A stretch of 64,000 bases of DNA, taken from NCBI RefSeq assembly GCF_009914755.1, contig NC_060929.1. One strand, 5' to 3'. The notes below the pieces were generated by a model, which was not told where the DNA came from, searched no databases, and saw only the letters and a list, made by a program, of their open reading frames with translations. Positions 34,870-50,167 of the stretch are shown here, piece by piece. Position numbers and translations under genes: made by a program. Numbering within the stretch: the first letter of the stretch is position 1; each line of letters starts with the position of its first letter. This DNA comes from the human T2T-CHM13v2.0 reference genome, Homo sapiens.

Positions 34870-37290
34870 AAAATGTTTTTGAGGTATAGTTTATGTCCAA
34901 TAAAACGCACACATTTAAAAGCATACCTTGATAGGCTGTGGTAAATGTACACGCCTTTGTGGCCAGACCATTTTCATCACCCCAGGAAGTTCCTCTTGGC
35001 TTTACAGTCATTGCTCATGTCCTAGGTAATCACTGATCTTATTTCTACCACTATAGATTTATGTTGTCTCTTCTAGAACTTTGTATAAATGGATACATGC
35101 AGTCTATTTTTTGTGTCTGGCTTTTGCTCAGTATAATGTGTTGAGATTAGTTCTTGTTGCATATATCAGTAATTTTATTGCTGAGTAGTATTTTGTATGA
35201 TAATACTACAACTTGTTAATCCATTCACCTTGGGTGGACATTGGGATTGTATCAAGTCTTGGGCTATTAGGAATACAACTGCTGTGAATATTCTTGTACA
35301 AGTCATTTTGTGGACATTTTTTCCCTTTTGGGTAAATACCAGATACATTTGCTGAGTCGTAGGGTAAATGTGTAACTGTATAAGACACTGTCAAACCATT
35401 TTCCATAGTAGCTGTAGCATTTTACACAGCCATCGGTACTACTTATGAGATTCCAGTTGCTCCACATCCTCGCTAGATATTGTCAGTCTTTTAAGTTTTT
35501 TTCTTTTTAGTTACATTGAATGTATAATGGTAGCTCATGGTGGTTTTACTTTCCATTTCCCTCATGTACATGTCTTAATTCATTGTACATCTTTAGTGTG
35601 TTTATTGGTTATTTTTATATCTTTTGTGAAGAGTATCTTTTGGCCACTTAAAAAAAATGCCAGGTCATTTGAGTTGTAACACTTTATATATTTTGTCAGA
35701 TGTAAGTATAATTAATATTTTTTTTAGACTTCAGGGAAACTTTAGTTTTCAAAGCAATCTAGTTCAAAAATGAGTGGAGGTTAACAGAGAGGAAAATATG
35801 AAACCAGAGAGAATCAAACAGACAGAATAAGGGGGGACTGGCAGTTGGTCAGGGGCGTCTGTGACAGATCTTCTCTCTCTTGGAAATGAGGTCCTCACGG
35901 ATTCTGGTCAGTTCATCATTTTCTTCACGTCCACGGTTCTGCTTCTTCCTCAGGCTCTCCTCGAAGGCCAAGACCCCTGTGGCTCCAACTTGAGTGAATA
36001 TTTTCTTTAGGTTTCTGGTTTACCTTTTTATTTTCTGAAGCATCTTTTTAAAAAAGGCTTTAGTGTGATTGTCTATTCTATCGATTTTTCTCCTTTTTTG
36101 CTTAATGCTTATTTTCTGTCCAAGACGTATTTTGCCTACCATGGCCACAAAAATTTTTGCCAGTGTTTTTTCCTAGAAGTTTTATAGTTTTAGTTTTCAC
36201 ATTTAGGTCTATAATTCATGTAGAATTAATTTCTCTGTGTATGATGTAAGATAGAGATTTAGAGTCTTCCCCACCCCAAATGCAGATAGCCTGTTGTTTC
36301 AACACCATTTGTTGAAAAGAGTATTCTTATTCCTTTGAATTACCTTGGATTTTACCCCCTCCCCCCAAAAAAATCAGTGAATATATCCAATGCGTGTGTA
36401 TTTTTTGACTCCGTTGTGTTCCACTGACCTCTTATGTCTGTCTTTACTCCAGTACTGCATTGTCTTCCCTTACTATATTATAGTGAGTCTTGGAAAGTGC
36501 TAAGAGACACTTTGTTGAGGAAAGCCTGTTCTTTTCTCTGGAATTTGTAATTTGTGGTAAGCAGATATATAAGATTTTTGAAAAATAATTTTCTGTGAAT
36601 ATTTTTAAGTTCTCAATCTGACTGTGAGTGAGGTGCATTAAAGATGTTATTTGAAGTGAACATGAAAAGGAAAAACTTGGTTGTTATTGACTGGAACTCT
36701 GGATTCGTATATTCAGAATGGTTGGTGAAGCAGTGTAGCTAGTTGCATCTGTGGATTCCTCTTGGTTGTAGTTTGTACTGCAAAATATTGCTTCCTAATG
36801 ATTTTTTTTTTTGCTGGTAAAAACCATAAAAGTATATTCACATTGTTGTGAAACAGATTGCCGAAACTGTTTCATCTTGCAAAACTGAACCTCTGTGGCC
36901 ATTAAACAACAGTTCCCCTTCTCCCAGCCCTGGTAACCACCATTCTACTTTTTGTTCCTGTGAACTTGACATCATGTAAGTGGAATCATAAAGTATTACC
37001 TTTTTCCTTTTTATGACTGGCTTATTTCATTGACATAGTATGTAACAGGATTTCCTTTTTTAAAAGCTAATTGATATTCCATTGTGTGTCTATTCCACCC
37101 CCCCTCTCCCATTTTGTTTATCAGTTCATCTCTGGGTGGATATTTGTGTTGTTTCCACTTCTTGGCTCTTGTGAATAATGCTGCTATGAACATGGGTGTG
37201 CAGATGTCTCTTGGAGTCTGTGCTTTCAATTTTTTGGGATATATATTCAGAAGTAGGATTGCTGGATCATATGATAGTTTAAACAGCAAT
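34870..37290 (-). mobile_element. Old L1M 3'-end fragments (antisense)
   Basis: Typical L1M phrases (GCTGCTATGAACAT, TTGCTGGATCATATG, CACCATTTGTTGAAAAGA); ORF 37011-37361 resembles the L1 ORF2 C-terminus ([12 protein letters not shown]...[16 protein letters not shown]). Confidence 0.8.
35718..35996 (-). pseudogene. 5'-truncated processed pseudogene fragment resembling the TACC3 3' end
   Basis: Minus-strand 35974-35879 reads VLAFEESLRKKQ...EENDELTRIREDLISK, resembling the recalled TACC3 C-terminus (ALALQASLRKEQ...[20 protein letters not shown]). It is followed by a UTR-like segment containing AACTAGATTGCTTTGAAAAC, a short poly(A), and AATATTTT flanking both ends. Confidence 0.8.
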
Positions 37291-37325
37291 TTCCTTTGGT
37301 TGCAGTTTTGATACTGAGAGTAGTA

Positions 37326-38521
37326 CAGTTGACCCTTGAACAATGCAGGGTCAAAATGCAAGGCACCAACCCCTGTGCAGTTGAAAATCTGGTTATAACT
37401 TTTGACTTTGTCAAAACTGCTAAGTATAGCCTACTGTTGACTGGTAGCCTTAACAGTAACATAAACAGTTAACATATATTTGTATGTTATATGTATTATA
37501 TACTGTATTCTTACAATAAAGTAAGCTAGAGAAAAGAAAATATTACTAAGAAAATCATAAGGGAGAAAAATTACATTTTACTGTACTGTATGGTGTTTAT
37601 CAATAACATTAGTTTACGTTGTCTGTTTATAAGATATGTCATCTGTTAATAAAATATGTCATCTGTTAGAAATTGTAGGCAACCACAGCTGCAGATTTCA
37701 GTCCGTGGTACATATCAAGCAATTCAACTTTTTTATTTTTATTTTTATTTTTATTTTTATTTTTTTGCATTTTAAAATTAAAGACAGGATCTTGCTGTGT
37801 TGCCCAGATTGGATTCAAGCTCCTGGGCTCAAGTGATCCTCCGGCCTCAGCCTCCTGAGTAGCTGGGATCATAGGCATGCACCACTGCTTCTGGCAGTTT
37901 TTTTCTTGTGATGTCATGCCTTCTCTCTGCTTCTTGGGAGCACTTTCAGCATCACTAGGGGCACTTTGTATAGGACTCATGGTGTTATTTAAAGTTTATG
38001 GTATTGCAGTAATCATGATGAAAAATAATGTGAAAACCGTGAGAGATCACTTTTTACTGCAATACGCAATTTGTTGGAGACATGAACTGCTCAGCAGAGA
38101 TGATTAGCATCACATGGTGTTTTACACAAGGTGTTTTAAGCAGATACTTGTAACATTTGAGTACACTGAGATAACAGGAAGTGGCTATGAAGTTAACACT
38201 AGTACACTACTGTAGTTAATTTTATGCAGTTATGAATTAATACTCCATCTTTGTTTACATTTCTCTCTAACTTCATATAATAGATTTGTATGTTTTATGA
38301 TAGTAAGTGATAAAATAACCTCATATCTAGGTATGTTTTATGCATTCATGACATACCTAACTTTTTCTTAATGTTTTCGTTATTTCTAGGCTATGCAGTT
38401 GTTCTGTGAGTTTTTTCAAATTGTCAAGTCTGCAAAAATTTTTCCAGTATATTTATTGAAAAAAATATGCATATAAGTGGGACCTGCACAGTTCAGAGCC
38501 ATGTTGTTCAAGGGTCAGCAG
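37326..38521 (-). mobile_element. Tigger2-family (Tigger2b-like) DNA transposon with inserted Alu monomer
   Basis: TIRs CAGTTGACCCTTGAACAA / TTGTTCAAGGGTCAGCAG with TA flanks; residual transposase N-terminus (SAPKKQR...KVELLDMY); FLAM-like insert at ~37730-37893. Confidence 0.85.
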
Positions 38522-38639
38522 TAGTCATTTTCATGATTAGATGTAGAGTGAGCATGCAGCAAGTTGTGAATATGAATACAATTGAAACAGATACCACTCT
38601 TGAAAGGAGCACCTCTTTTTATGTTTGTTTCTTTTGCAG

Positions 38640-38748
38640 ATTGGGAAAATGAGGTACGTTAGTGTTCGCGATTTTAAAGGCAAAGTGCTAATTGATATTA
38701 GAGAATATTGGATGGATCCTGAAGGTGAAATGAAACCAGGAAGAAAAG
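38640..38748 (+). CDS. SUB1: SUB1/PC4 coding exon 4: [36 protein letters not shown](G)
   Basis: Acceptor cttttgcAG, donor AAG|GTGAGG; 109 nt; PC4 ssDNA-binding domain core (FKGK...IDIREYW). Confidence 0.97.
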
Positions 38749-40229
38749 GTGAGGTCTAATTACTTGAATTTTATTACAGTGTTAGGACTAAACGACAACT
38801 TTTCTGAGTAGCTTACTTGAAATGTTGGCAGGACACACGGGGCAAGGAAGAGTCTTACTCAATTGATTCTCTATCTTCTGTAGTTATTTTGGACATGATA
38901 CTTAACATTTTTTTAATGAGATGTCTTAATACAGCTTTTGGGAATAAAACCCAGAAAAGTAACACCCCTAATATCACTTCAGTTGGCTGCTAATTTACTT
39001 GAACAATTTTTAAAAAGGTTTATGCAATTCTGAAGCAGATTAGGCACTATCTGGGAACTTGTAAAATCAGGAATGGAAAATCTTGGTTTACAATGCTTCC
39101 TTTTGATTCAGCTCCTAAAAGCTATTCTTTAGGGCATTACTCTTCAAGCGGATCTCTGCTTTCCTTCCATTTGTGCTTCATCCAGTCCCAAGCCTCTTAG
39201 CATTGTAGAAACATATTTTGTATAATTCACCAAACAGCTAGAGAAGGTGAGCCAACCTAAATTTGTATATTTGGATTGCTGCTCTAGGTTGACCCTCAGC
39301 TAAAGAAAAATGCTTCCTTATTTAGTTTTATTCTGCCTGCCTGTTAGTTTGAAAGGTACCACTTGTTTGCTTCATGCAGTTTTTTTTTTTTTGGTTAAAC
39401 TCAGCCTCTATATGTGTTTATATGCTTTCATATTTTCTTCAAGTCACTTCTGGATTGGTAATTCACGTACCAGAGTGGCCGATGCCATATTTCTTGTTTA
39501 TTCTTTTTTTTCAATTTCATGGCCTTCCAGCAGTTTTCTGGGAATACTTTCTGCCAGTTCTTGTTTACTTCTCTGTTTATATGCGTCGGTATTGGAATGC
39601 TAGAACGTTAAAGTACAAAATATAGAAAATATAAAATTTCTGTTCATACTTTTACATCTTAAACTGGAAAGACATATCTCACATTTTTTAACCATTTATG
39701 TGTTAGGTGATATGCTAAGTTCATTATTCATGTTACTTAATCATTTACAACAACTCTTTGGCGTATAGATGCCATTTTACTGGTGAGGAAACTAAGGCTT
39801 ACAAGGTGATGTAGTTCTTTTTTAAGGGTCATACACTTAGTGAAAGTGAGGCTGGAATTTTAACCCTGACAGGGTGACCCTAGAGTGCAGTTACCCGGGT
39901 ATACTCTCTGAGGAGTCCTGTATGAATCACGTCCTGGGAATTTTTCCAAAGTGAAATGAATGCTTCTGGAAGAACTCAGCACAATTGGCTTGAATTCCTG
40001 TGGAAATTTTGGGCAAATATTGGAACCAGCTGGAAATATAGTAATGGGGTATCACATGCCAAATCTGGACCTGACCATTTTAGCCTGATAGTTGACGGGT
40101 ATTAGTAAGATGTGTCTTCAAACCCTTATTTATTCTCATTGGTTACAATAGGTACTATGCAGGATGCACTGTGGAAAGTAAGACTGGATATGAGATTGAT
40201 AATGCTCAGTAAATTGTGATGATATGTAA

Positions 40230-40583
<354 letters not shown>

Positions 40584-40683
40584 TAAAGTGGCAATTTTGA
40601 TAAAACAGTATTCTAGTTGGAAGTATGAAAATCCTCAACGCTTAAATAGATTTTCACCTTTGAATTTTTAAACTTTGTTTTAG

Positions 40684-40763
40684 GTATTTCTTTAAATCCA
40701 GAACAATGGAGCCAGCTGAAGGAACAGATTTCTGACATTGATGATGCAGTAAGAAAACTGTAA
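40684..40763 (+). CDS. SUB1: SUB1/PC4 last coding exon: (G)[25 protein letters not shown]
   Basis: Acceptor ttgttttAG, TAA at 40761-40763. Total CDS 72+123+109+80=384 nt = 127 aa + stop, the length of PC4. Confidence 0.97.
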
Positions 40764-40778
40764 AATTCGAGCCATATA

Positions 40779-41111
40779 AATAAAACCTGTACTGTTCTAG
40801 TTGTTTTAATCTGTCTTTTTACATTGGCTTTTGTTTTCTAAATGTTCTCCAAGCTATTGTATGTTTGGATTGCAGAAGAATTTGTAAGATGAATACTTTT
40901 TTTTAATGTGCATTATTAAAAATATTGAGTGAAGCTAATTGTCAACTTTATTAAGGATTACTTTGTCTGCCCACCACCTAGTGTAAAATAAAATCAAGTA
41001 ATACAATCTTAACTGTTGTGGCCTTTTTTGATCATAAGAGTTGGTACTGTTTAAGGCCAAAAGTAACAGTTTTTATAGATCTTTTAGTTTCAACTCAGCT
41101 TTTACAATAAA
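40779..41111 (+). terminator. SUB1: Cluster of proximal poly(A) signals
   Basis: AATAAA at 40779, 40987 and 41106; ATTAAA at 40915. Confidence 0.55.
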
Positions 41112-43740
41112 AAGGATTTGTATTGCATTGAGTTTATAAACTTTTGGTTTGTGAACTTCATATTTGATCTTTTCTCTTCCAATCAAATGTCTAGGCTTGT
41201 TTGACTTCCACCCCCAATGGTTTTTCACTCTTTTTATTTACTTCATTTTCCTTTAATAACTTAATCTCTTCATGTTCAGTTTTTACTTCACTCTTTATTC
41301 TTTTCTTTGATTATGGTATGCTTATTTGGAAAGTCAGTGAAACTGTCAAAATGTTATCTCAATAAGATACTTATATGAGAACTACAATCACCGAATCTAC
41401 TGTATTCAATATTAGCAGATCTAATTTGATAAACAACATGGCTTGTGTGAAAACTGAGCAGGTGTTTGTTTACCCATAGTGTTCTGTGTAGTTATTGCTT
41501 AGTCTGCAGAAAATAATGACTTAGATGAGATGTCTGACTTGCTTTCACTTATTAAACATGTTCACCATGGGATGATGTCTGTAACATCAGATATTGTTCA
41601 ACTAGACTAGGATTTAATAAAAATTGTGAAAGCTTACTGGCCTAACATTTTATTTTATAATATTGGGTATGAATTATATGTAGCCAGAGATGTCATTAAG
41701 CTTTACTGTTATAGTAGGTAATATGGTTAGTTTGTAGGGAAAAGAGCATATGAGCACATGCTTGTGTATTTTGGCCTTTGCCCCAGTAGAACAGACCAAT
41801 GGCATTCTAGACTTGATGATACTAAGTTTTAGCAGACACTAGTAAGTGGTTTGTATTTAACCATACTGATGAAGCAGACAGATTGAGGCACAGATTTTAG
41901 TGGCTTTGTGGCAATAAATAGGGCATGGTGTGCCTTAGGAAAAGAATGTTTATAAAGGGAATTATAACTGAAATTAAAGGAGGCGGCAGTGAAGAGGAAA
42001 TAATTCTCTTCTATCTAAATGATATACATATGATATTTTGAGATTTTTATAACAGCAGTGGAACACAATTCTAGGTAGAGTAGAAAAAGGAAAGTTTTAA
42101 AGACATATAAAAGATTCTTGTTGACAAATTATTTTTGGTAGCAAATCTCAAATGGTTACCTGCTATTAAGGTCTGCCATATTAGAGTTTTGCACTATTTT
42201 GCTACCAAGTTTGATTCATACATCTAAAACATTTTGTAGTTACTTGTCAAGGACTTAATTTGAAAATCATTTGCCAGGCCACATAGTTATCAATTTTTTT
42301 TTCTATCAGCTATTCTGTTGTATTTCTAAAACATTTTTTAGATGACTTTTTAAAGTATATTTAGCAGTAACCTTATGAGGTTCAAATTGGTAAATCTCTT
42401 GTAATTTAGCCTTCATCGAATAATAGGTACCAGTGTATTAAAAATGTGTATTTTTTGCAGCCCCTTGAACCAGAGTAGGTTCAGAGAAACTCCCAAAGTT
42501 TGTACTTTAGACACATCAAGCTTGATTGGTAACTTCCCTCCTTTTTTGGGGAACATGTTTGTGTCCTATTAACTTAATTGGATAGATTTTTAAATATTTC
42601 TTATTTTTGGCACACGGAAAGGGTAGTTCGAGTACAGAACTTTGATTTTTGGTGTAGATGCAGAGGGAATGATGGGTAAATTTCCTAGGTTTATGTGAAT
42701 TTAGGGGGTGTATGCATTTTGAAACAATCTACTAACAGATGGTGCTGAAATCTATTACCTACATGTTTTCTAGTTGTTCAGCATTATGTTAATGAAGCCT
42801 CCATATAAGGAGTGTTTCTCTGGCACAGTTGGTAAGTTGACTGCTAACTTCATTTAAATGTGTTACTGGATATGCAGTATACTGAAATTATTAATCAGTT
42901 TGTGTATAGGAAAAGAGAACTGGGTTAAAAGCAAATTAACTTGTTCTGAAAAGAAAGTATAGATTAATTTTGTTTTCTGTTTAAATTTTATCTCCTTGGT
43001 AAAGATTTTTTTTTCCTGGGCAGAAAACTTGGCATTTTTAGGCGTAGATACCTTACCTTACAATGCCAAAATGAATTTAATTCCAGTACTCAGGTTTTTC
43101 CCTTTAACAGACTCTATGTGTATCAGGGCTTTCTAATGGGTTTTTCCTCTTCGTTTTTAAAATGTGAGTAGCATTTGACCAATTTCCAGTGCTCTTAGCA
43201 TTTTACTTAAAGAACAACCACTACAAAAGAAAATCTTTGTAATTTGATTGTCTTTTGCTTTGCTTCATTAATGCCTAAGAACTTAAGAATACTCCTACCT
43301 CATTAGCTACTCAAGATGCTGTGACGATCAAATCTATTCTACATAATGCGTTTAGAAACAAAGACTTGGGTGAAAAATGAAATAAGTATATTCTGACTTG
43401 GCTATTGAGGGGAAAATTCAGTATTAAGTGTTCCTCACAGGAGATATGTTAGCAGAATACTATAAAAGTTTGAAATTTTTAAAAAGTAAAAGTACTTAAA
43501 TTTAGGTATCTCTCCTGAAATTCTTTGCAGTTCATTTTTTATGGCAGTTAATCCAGTGAAACACTCAAAAGTTTTTTTTTTTTTTAAAAGTGTTTTTCCA
43601 GATAAACTGTAGGGTGAACATTCACATAATCACAAATATGTAATTCTGTAATTGTGGAATGCTTGTATGCTTTGTTTTCGTACATCTTCCATGGAGATGT
43701 CTGAATATAATACTCCATCTGTGAATATTTTAAATGTTGA

Positions 43741-43746
43741 AATAAA
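43741..43746 (+). terminator. SUB1: Distal polyadenylation signal
   Basis: AATAAA followed ~15-25 nt later by tgtgccctttgtgtt (GU-rich downstream element). Confidence 0.7.
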
Positions 43747-44389
43747 AGTAAGAAATGTGCCCTTTGTGTTATCCCGGTTTCACAAACCTGAAGGTAAATG
43801 GGTAATTTGTCTGTTGAATGAGTTTTATTAATAGAATGCCTTTCTGTGTGAATGCTTTGGAATGTGGATTAGTCTTGGGTCCGTCCTTTCCATCTACCTG
43901 ATCCAAATGGAAAAATGCAAACACTTAGGTGTACACAGCCTCTTTTTTTTTCTTTCTCCCTTTAAGTGCTTTGTAGTCTAATGATTCCTTCATATACTTG
44001 ACTGGTGTCATGGACTCCTTTGAAGATTTCAAATTTACATTTTCATTTATGAAGTCCCTATTTTGCCCTTGGTTATTGTTTTTGTTTATATGTTGAGGCC
44101 CCATTTCAATTTCTGTTTAGGAATAGAAAGATCCATGGTATATTCACTTAACTGTAAATTTGCTTTTAGTAAAACATAATTCAGCCAGAAGAAGCAAAAA
44201 AAGAGTACTTGGAGTTCACACAATTAATCACTGACTTCATAGTTTTGTAGTATGGCTCAAAGGGAGTTACTGGGATAGGAAGGGTATTTGCAAAGTACTA
44301 ATAAACATTTAAAAAAATTATATGGAATTAGTTACTATATAACAGTTCACCTAATAGTTGTGTCCATTTTAGTAAAAGATCTTGCTACA

Positions 44390-44733
<344 letters not shown>

Positions 44734-45115
44734 TCATTCACATAAGCCCCTTACAGAGTCCACACCTTCCCAGACCTGCTTTTATAGACATTTTAGTCCT
44801 GGATTAATAGTGACCCACTGCCTAAGTGAAATGCTCCTCTTCACTTTTTAGGTTCTTGATAGTTTAAATGGTTTATCCTTCTGCTGGATAACTTACTGCA
44901 TAGTTAGGAGATAAGATTTATGCCACTTTTTAACTGCTCCTGAATTTCAACTCATTTCAATAGTTGGATAATGTAACCTCCATGGGTAACAGGAAGACTG
45001 TATATGTAGTTCAGAAATCAGCTGAAGTTGTCTACGTAGTAACTCACGTATCTTGAAAAGTGATGTGAAAGTTCCAGTTTTGCCTTCCTAAGTAAGCTAA
45101 GCCCAAGTCTTTTAA

Positions 45116-45297
45116 AATGTTATGTATTTATTTTTTGAAGAGACAGGGTCTTTCTGTGTTGCCCAGGCTGGAGTGCAGTGGCTGTTTACAGGTGTGATCC
45201 TAGCGCACCATGGCCTTGCACTTGTGGGCCCAGGTGATCCTCCTGCCTTAGCCTTCCTAGCATCTGTACACTGCAGGTGTATACCACTGTGTCTGCC
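45116..45297 (-). mobile_element. FAM (fossil Alu monomer)
   Basis: Monomer with the extra 7SL-like segment GGCTGTTTACAGGTGTGATCCTAGCGCAC; 17-bp TSD AAGCCCAAGTCTTTTAA. Confidence 0.75.
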
Positions 45298-45795
45298 AAG
45301 CCCAAGTCTTTTAATAGCTCCTATTCTGAAGGCTTTATTTTTCAAGTATGTAGTTGTTGCAGGAATGGTACAGAAAACTCCCATGTACCCCTCCACTCAG
45401 AGACCCCATTCAGATTTTGTGAGTTTCAGTGTCTTTTAGCAAAAGCATGTAACACAGGATCACGTGTCTCATTTGATTCTCTCTTTACTTCAGTTTCCTT
45501 CAGCCTGACAGTTCCTTAGTTTTTCCTTGACTTTTACAACTTTGATGTTTCTGAAGATTTGGTAACATGAAGGCCATTGGTGGTGGTGACAAGGGTGGGG
45601 AGGGCAGAGGCTGGTTGAGTGAGGAGTGGAGACTGTGTGTAAGTTCATTTGAGCAGCTTGGTTGTGAAGGATAAAGAAAAATAGGATGGTGGCTGTAGAA
45701 GGGTGTGGGATCCAGGGCAGAGTGTGATTGAAATTACAGTGTGCAGCATCTGAAGGAAGGTGGTAAGGTTCCTAACTTCTTCGGTATGAATTTAA

Positions 45796-47249
<1,454 letters not shown>

Positions 47250-47379
47250 TAGTATAAGGAACACTCATATCCTTCACCTATTATTTTGCAACCTTCTGTC
47301 TCTTTTTGCTGAACTGTTTGGAAGTAAATTGTAGAAAGTTAACGTACGCATATGCTGAGCTATTTTTACTTCTGAGCCA

Positions 47380-48115
47380 AGTGTGTGTGTTTTTTCCATC
47401 ACCACTTCTCTTACTCCATTTGGGTGTCCTACAATTTAATTCTGATACCATCTACGTGGAGTTAGTGTGTCAGATCCCACAAGTTAAGGGCTCAGTCCCA
47501 CAAGAAGGCCCCCACTTCAGATGCCAGCCGTAAGTCCATGGTTGTCACTGGTACTTGTGACCAGTAAATTCAGAGGGTTTCCACAATCCCCTTCTCACAT
47601 TTGATAATTGACTGGAACCATTCACACAACTCAGGAAAGCACTTTATTCACAATTACAGGTTTATTATAAAGGATAAAACTCAGGAACAGCCAAATGGGA
47701 GAGATGCCCAGGGCAAGGTATGGGGAAGGGAGATGGAGCTCTGTGCCTTCTCTGGGAGCACCACTCTCCCAGCACCTTACTATGTCACCAACTTAAGTCT
47801 CTGAGCCCCATCATTTAGGGTGTTTTTATAGAGATTCCATTACACGTGATTGATTAAATTTTTAGCCATTGGTGATTAACAGTCCTCACTTCCTCACCCA
47901 TCCCCAGAGGTTGGGAGGTGGAGCTGAAAATTCTAAGCTTCTAATCAAAGTTTCATCTTTCTAGCAACCAGTCCCCATCCTGAAGCTGTCTAGGGGCCCT
48001 GCCAAGAGTCCCTCATTTGAACAAAAGATCCTACTATCACTTTTAACTCAAGAAATTAGGTTTTAGGAGCTCTGTGCCAGGAACCAGGGACAAAGACCAA
48101 GTATCTCTGATGCCA
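47380..48115 (-). mobile_element. MER21-type LTR
   Basis: GGGTGTCCTACAATTTAATTCTGA...TAAGGGCTCAGTCCCACAAG...GTGCCAGGAACCAGGGACAAAGACCAA pattern. Confidence 0.75.
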
Positions 48116-48279
48116 CTTAGGCATACATGTTTACACACATACATACATGTGTATACATCTATACAATTTTTTGGATGAATATTTGAAAGTAAACTGCAGG
48201 CATATTTCATTTTAAGTACTTCAATATGTATTTCCTAGGAATGGAAAGATACTTTAACATTTTTTTAATGGAAAATAAT

Positions 48280-49095
48280 CATATTTTGCAAAACAAAATT
48301 ATGAGTGACATTATTTTACATTTTACCAATCTCTTTAATAGAACATGGCTGGATTCTCCTGTTTGCTTCTGCAGATAATCTTTTGTTTGGGTTGAGGTAT
48401 GTGAAGAAAATGTGGCCTCACAGAGATGTGTAGTTGGAAAAGGGAGGAATACTTTATTATTTTTTTTTTCTGAGACAGTTTCGCTTTTGTTGCCCAGGCA
48501 CCATCTGGGCTCACTGCAACCTCCACCTCCCGGGTTCAAGCGATTCTCATACCTCAGCCTGCAAAGTAGGTGAGATTACAGGCGTATGGCACCATGCCCG
48601 GCTAATTTTTGTATTTTTAGTAGAGACAGGGTTTCACCATGTTGGCTAGACTGATCTCGAATTCCTGAGCTTAAGTGATCTGCCTGCCTCAGCCACTCAA
48701 AGTGCTGGGATTACAGGCATGAGCCACTGTGCCTGGCACAGGAATACTTTAATAGCCTTTCCAGGTAATTGTGGGTATCCTTTGATAACAACCACAAAAT
48801 TTGACAAGTGGTAGTTTCTTAAAAGTTGTAGTATGTAATTTCCCCTTGAAAACTTGAATTTCATCATTGACAACACATGCTGTCAGTTGTTTTTTTTTGA
48901 AGTGATAGGCTCAGTTTGTTTGTTTCTGAGAAATTGTCTGCCAAATCCACAGGTCTGAACAACGACAATTTGTCAATCTTGGAAGTTAAAATGGTGCTCC
49001 GTGCAAAGTGCCGCTAGTTCAGTTCACACTCCAAACAGTTCTGCCGGTGCTTTTCCTTGAGACTGCCTTGGAACCTCAATGTGCATTTCCCAAGA
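48280..49095. mobile_element. Charlie1-like hAT remnant interrupted by Alu (48455-48737)
   Basis: GAAGAAAATGTGGCCTCACAGAGATGTGTAGTTGGAAAAGGGAGG and AAGTGGTAGTTTCTTAAA motifs. Confidence 0.6.
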
Positions 49096-49488
49096 GTAAA
49101 GACATTCTTCTACCTAGCCTCAATATTATCACAACTTAAAACATCAATAATTTTATCAACTATTCAGTCCGTAGTAAGTTTCCCCAGTTCCCAAAAATGT
49201 TCATTTCTTCTCCCAATGCAGTGTCTTGATGAAAATTCATGCTGTTCATTTGGTTATCAGTCTCTTTTAATCTAGAATTATTCCCTACTATTTTGTTTTC
49301 CACGACATTGACCTTTTGTAAGAGTCCAGGCCACTTGTAGTATGTCCCATATTCTAGATTTGTCTGTTTCCTCATGGCTCAGTTCAGGTTAAATGTCTTT
49401 TGCAAGAATGCTACATAGGAGATGCTGTACCTACCGCACCACACCAGAAGGTACATCAGGCCAGGTTGTTTCACAACTGGTCATGTGA

Positions 49489-50167
<679 letters not shown>

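Larger units (their letters stand above)
40764..43765 (+). other. SUB1: SUB1 3' UTR (long isoform)
   Basis: About 3 kb of AT-rich sequence with no recognisable interspersed repeat, ending at AATAAA 43741-43746 followed by a GT/T-rich tract. The 3' end is inferred. Confidence 0.75.

Noticed and set aside
37629-37668. 20-bp tandem duplication within Tigger2 (similar small ones at ~30739, ~54384, ~56194)
   Set aside because: Ordinary slippage duplications or TSD remnants with no further structure.
40968-40986. CCACCACCTAGTGT CTCF-like motif in the 3' UTR
   Set aside because: Several mismatches to the consensus; weaker than the 52940 site.
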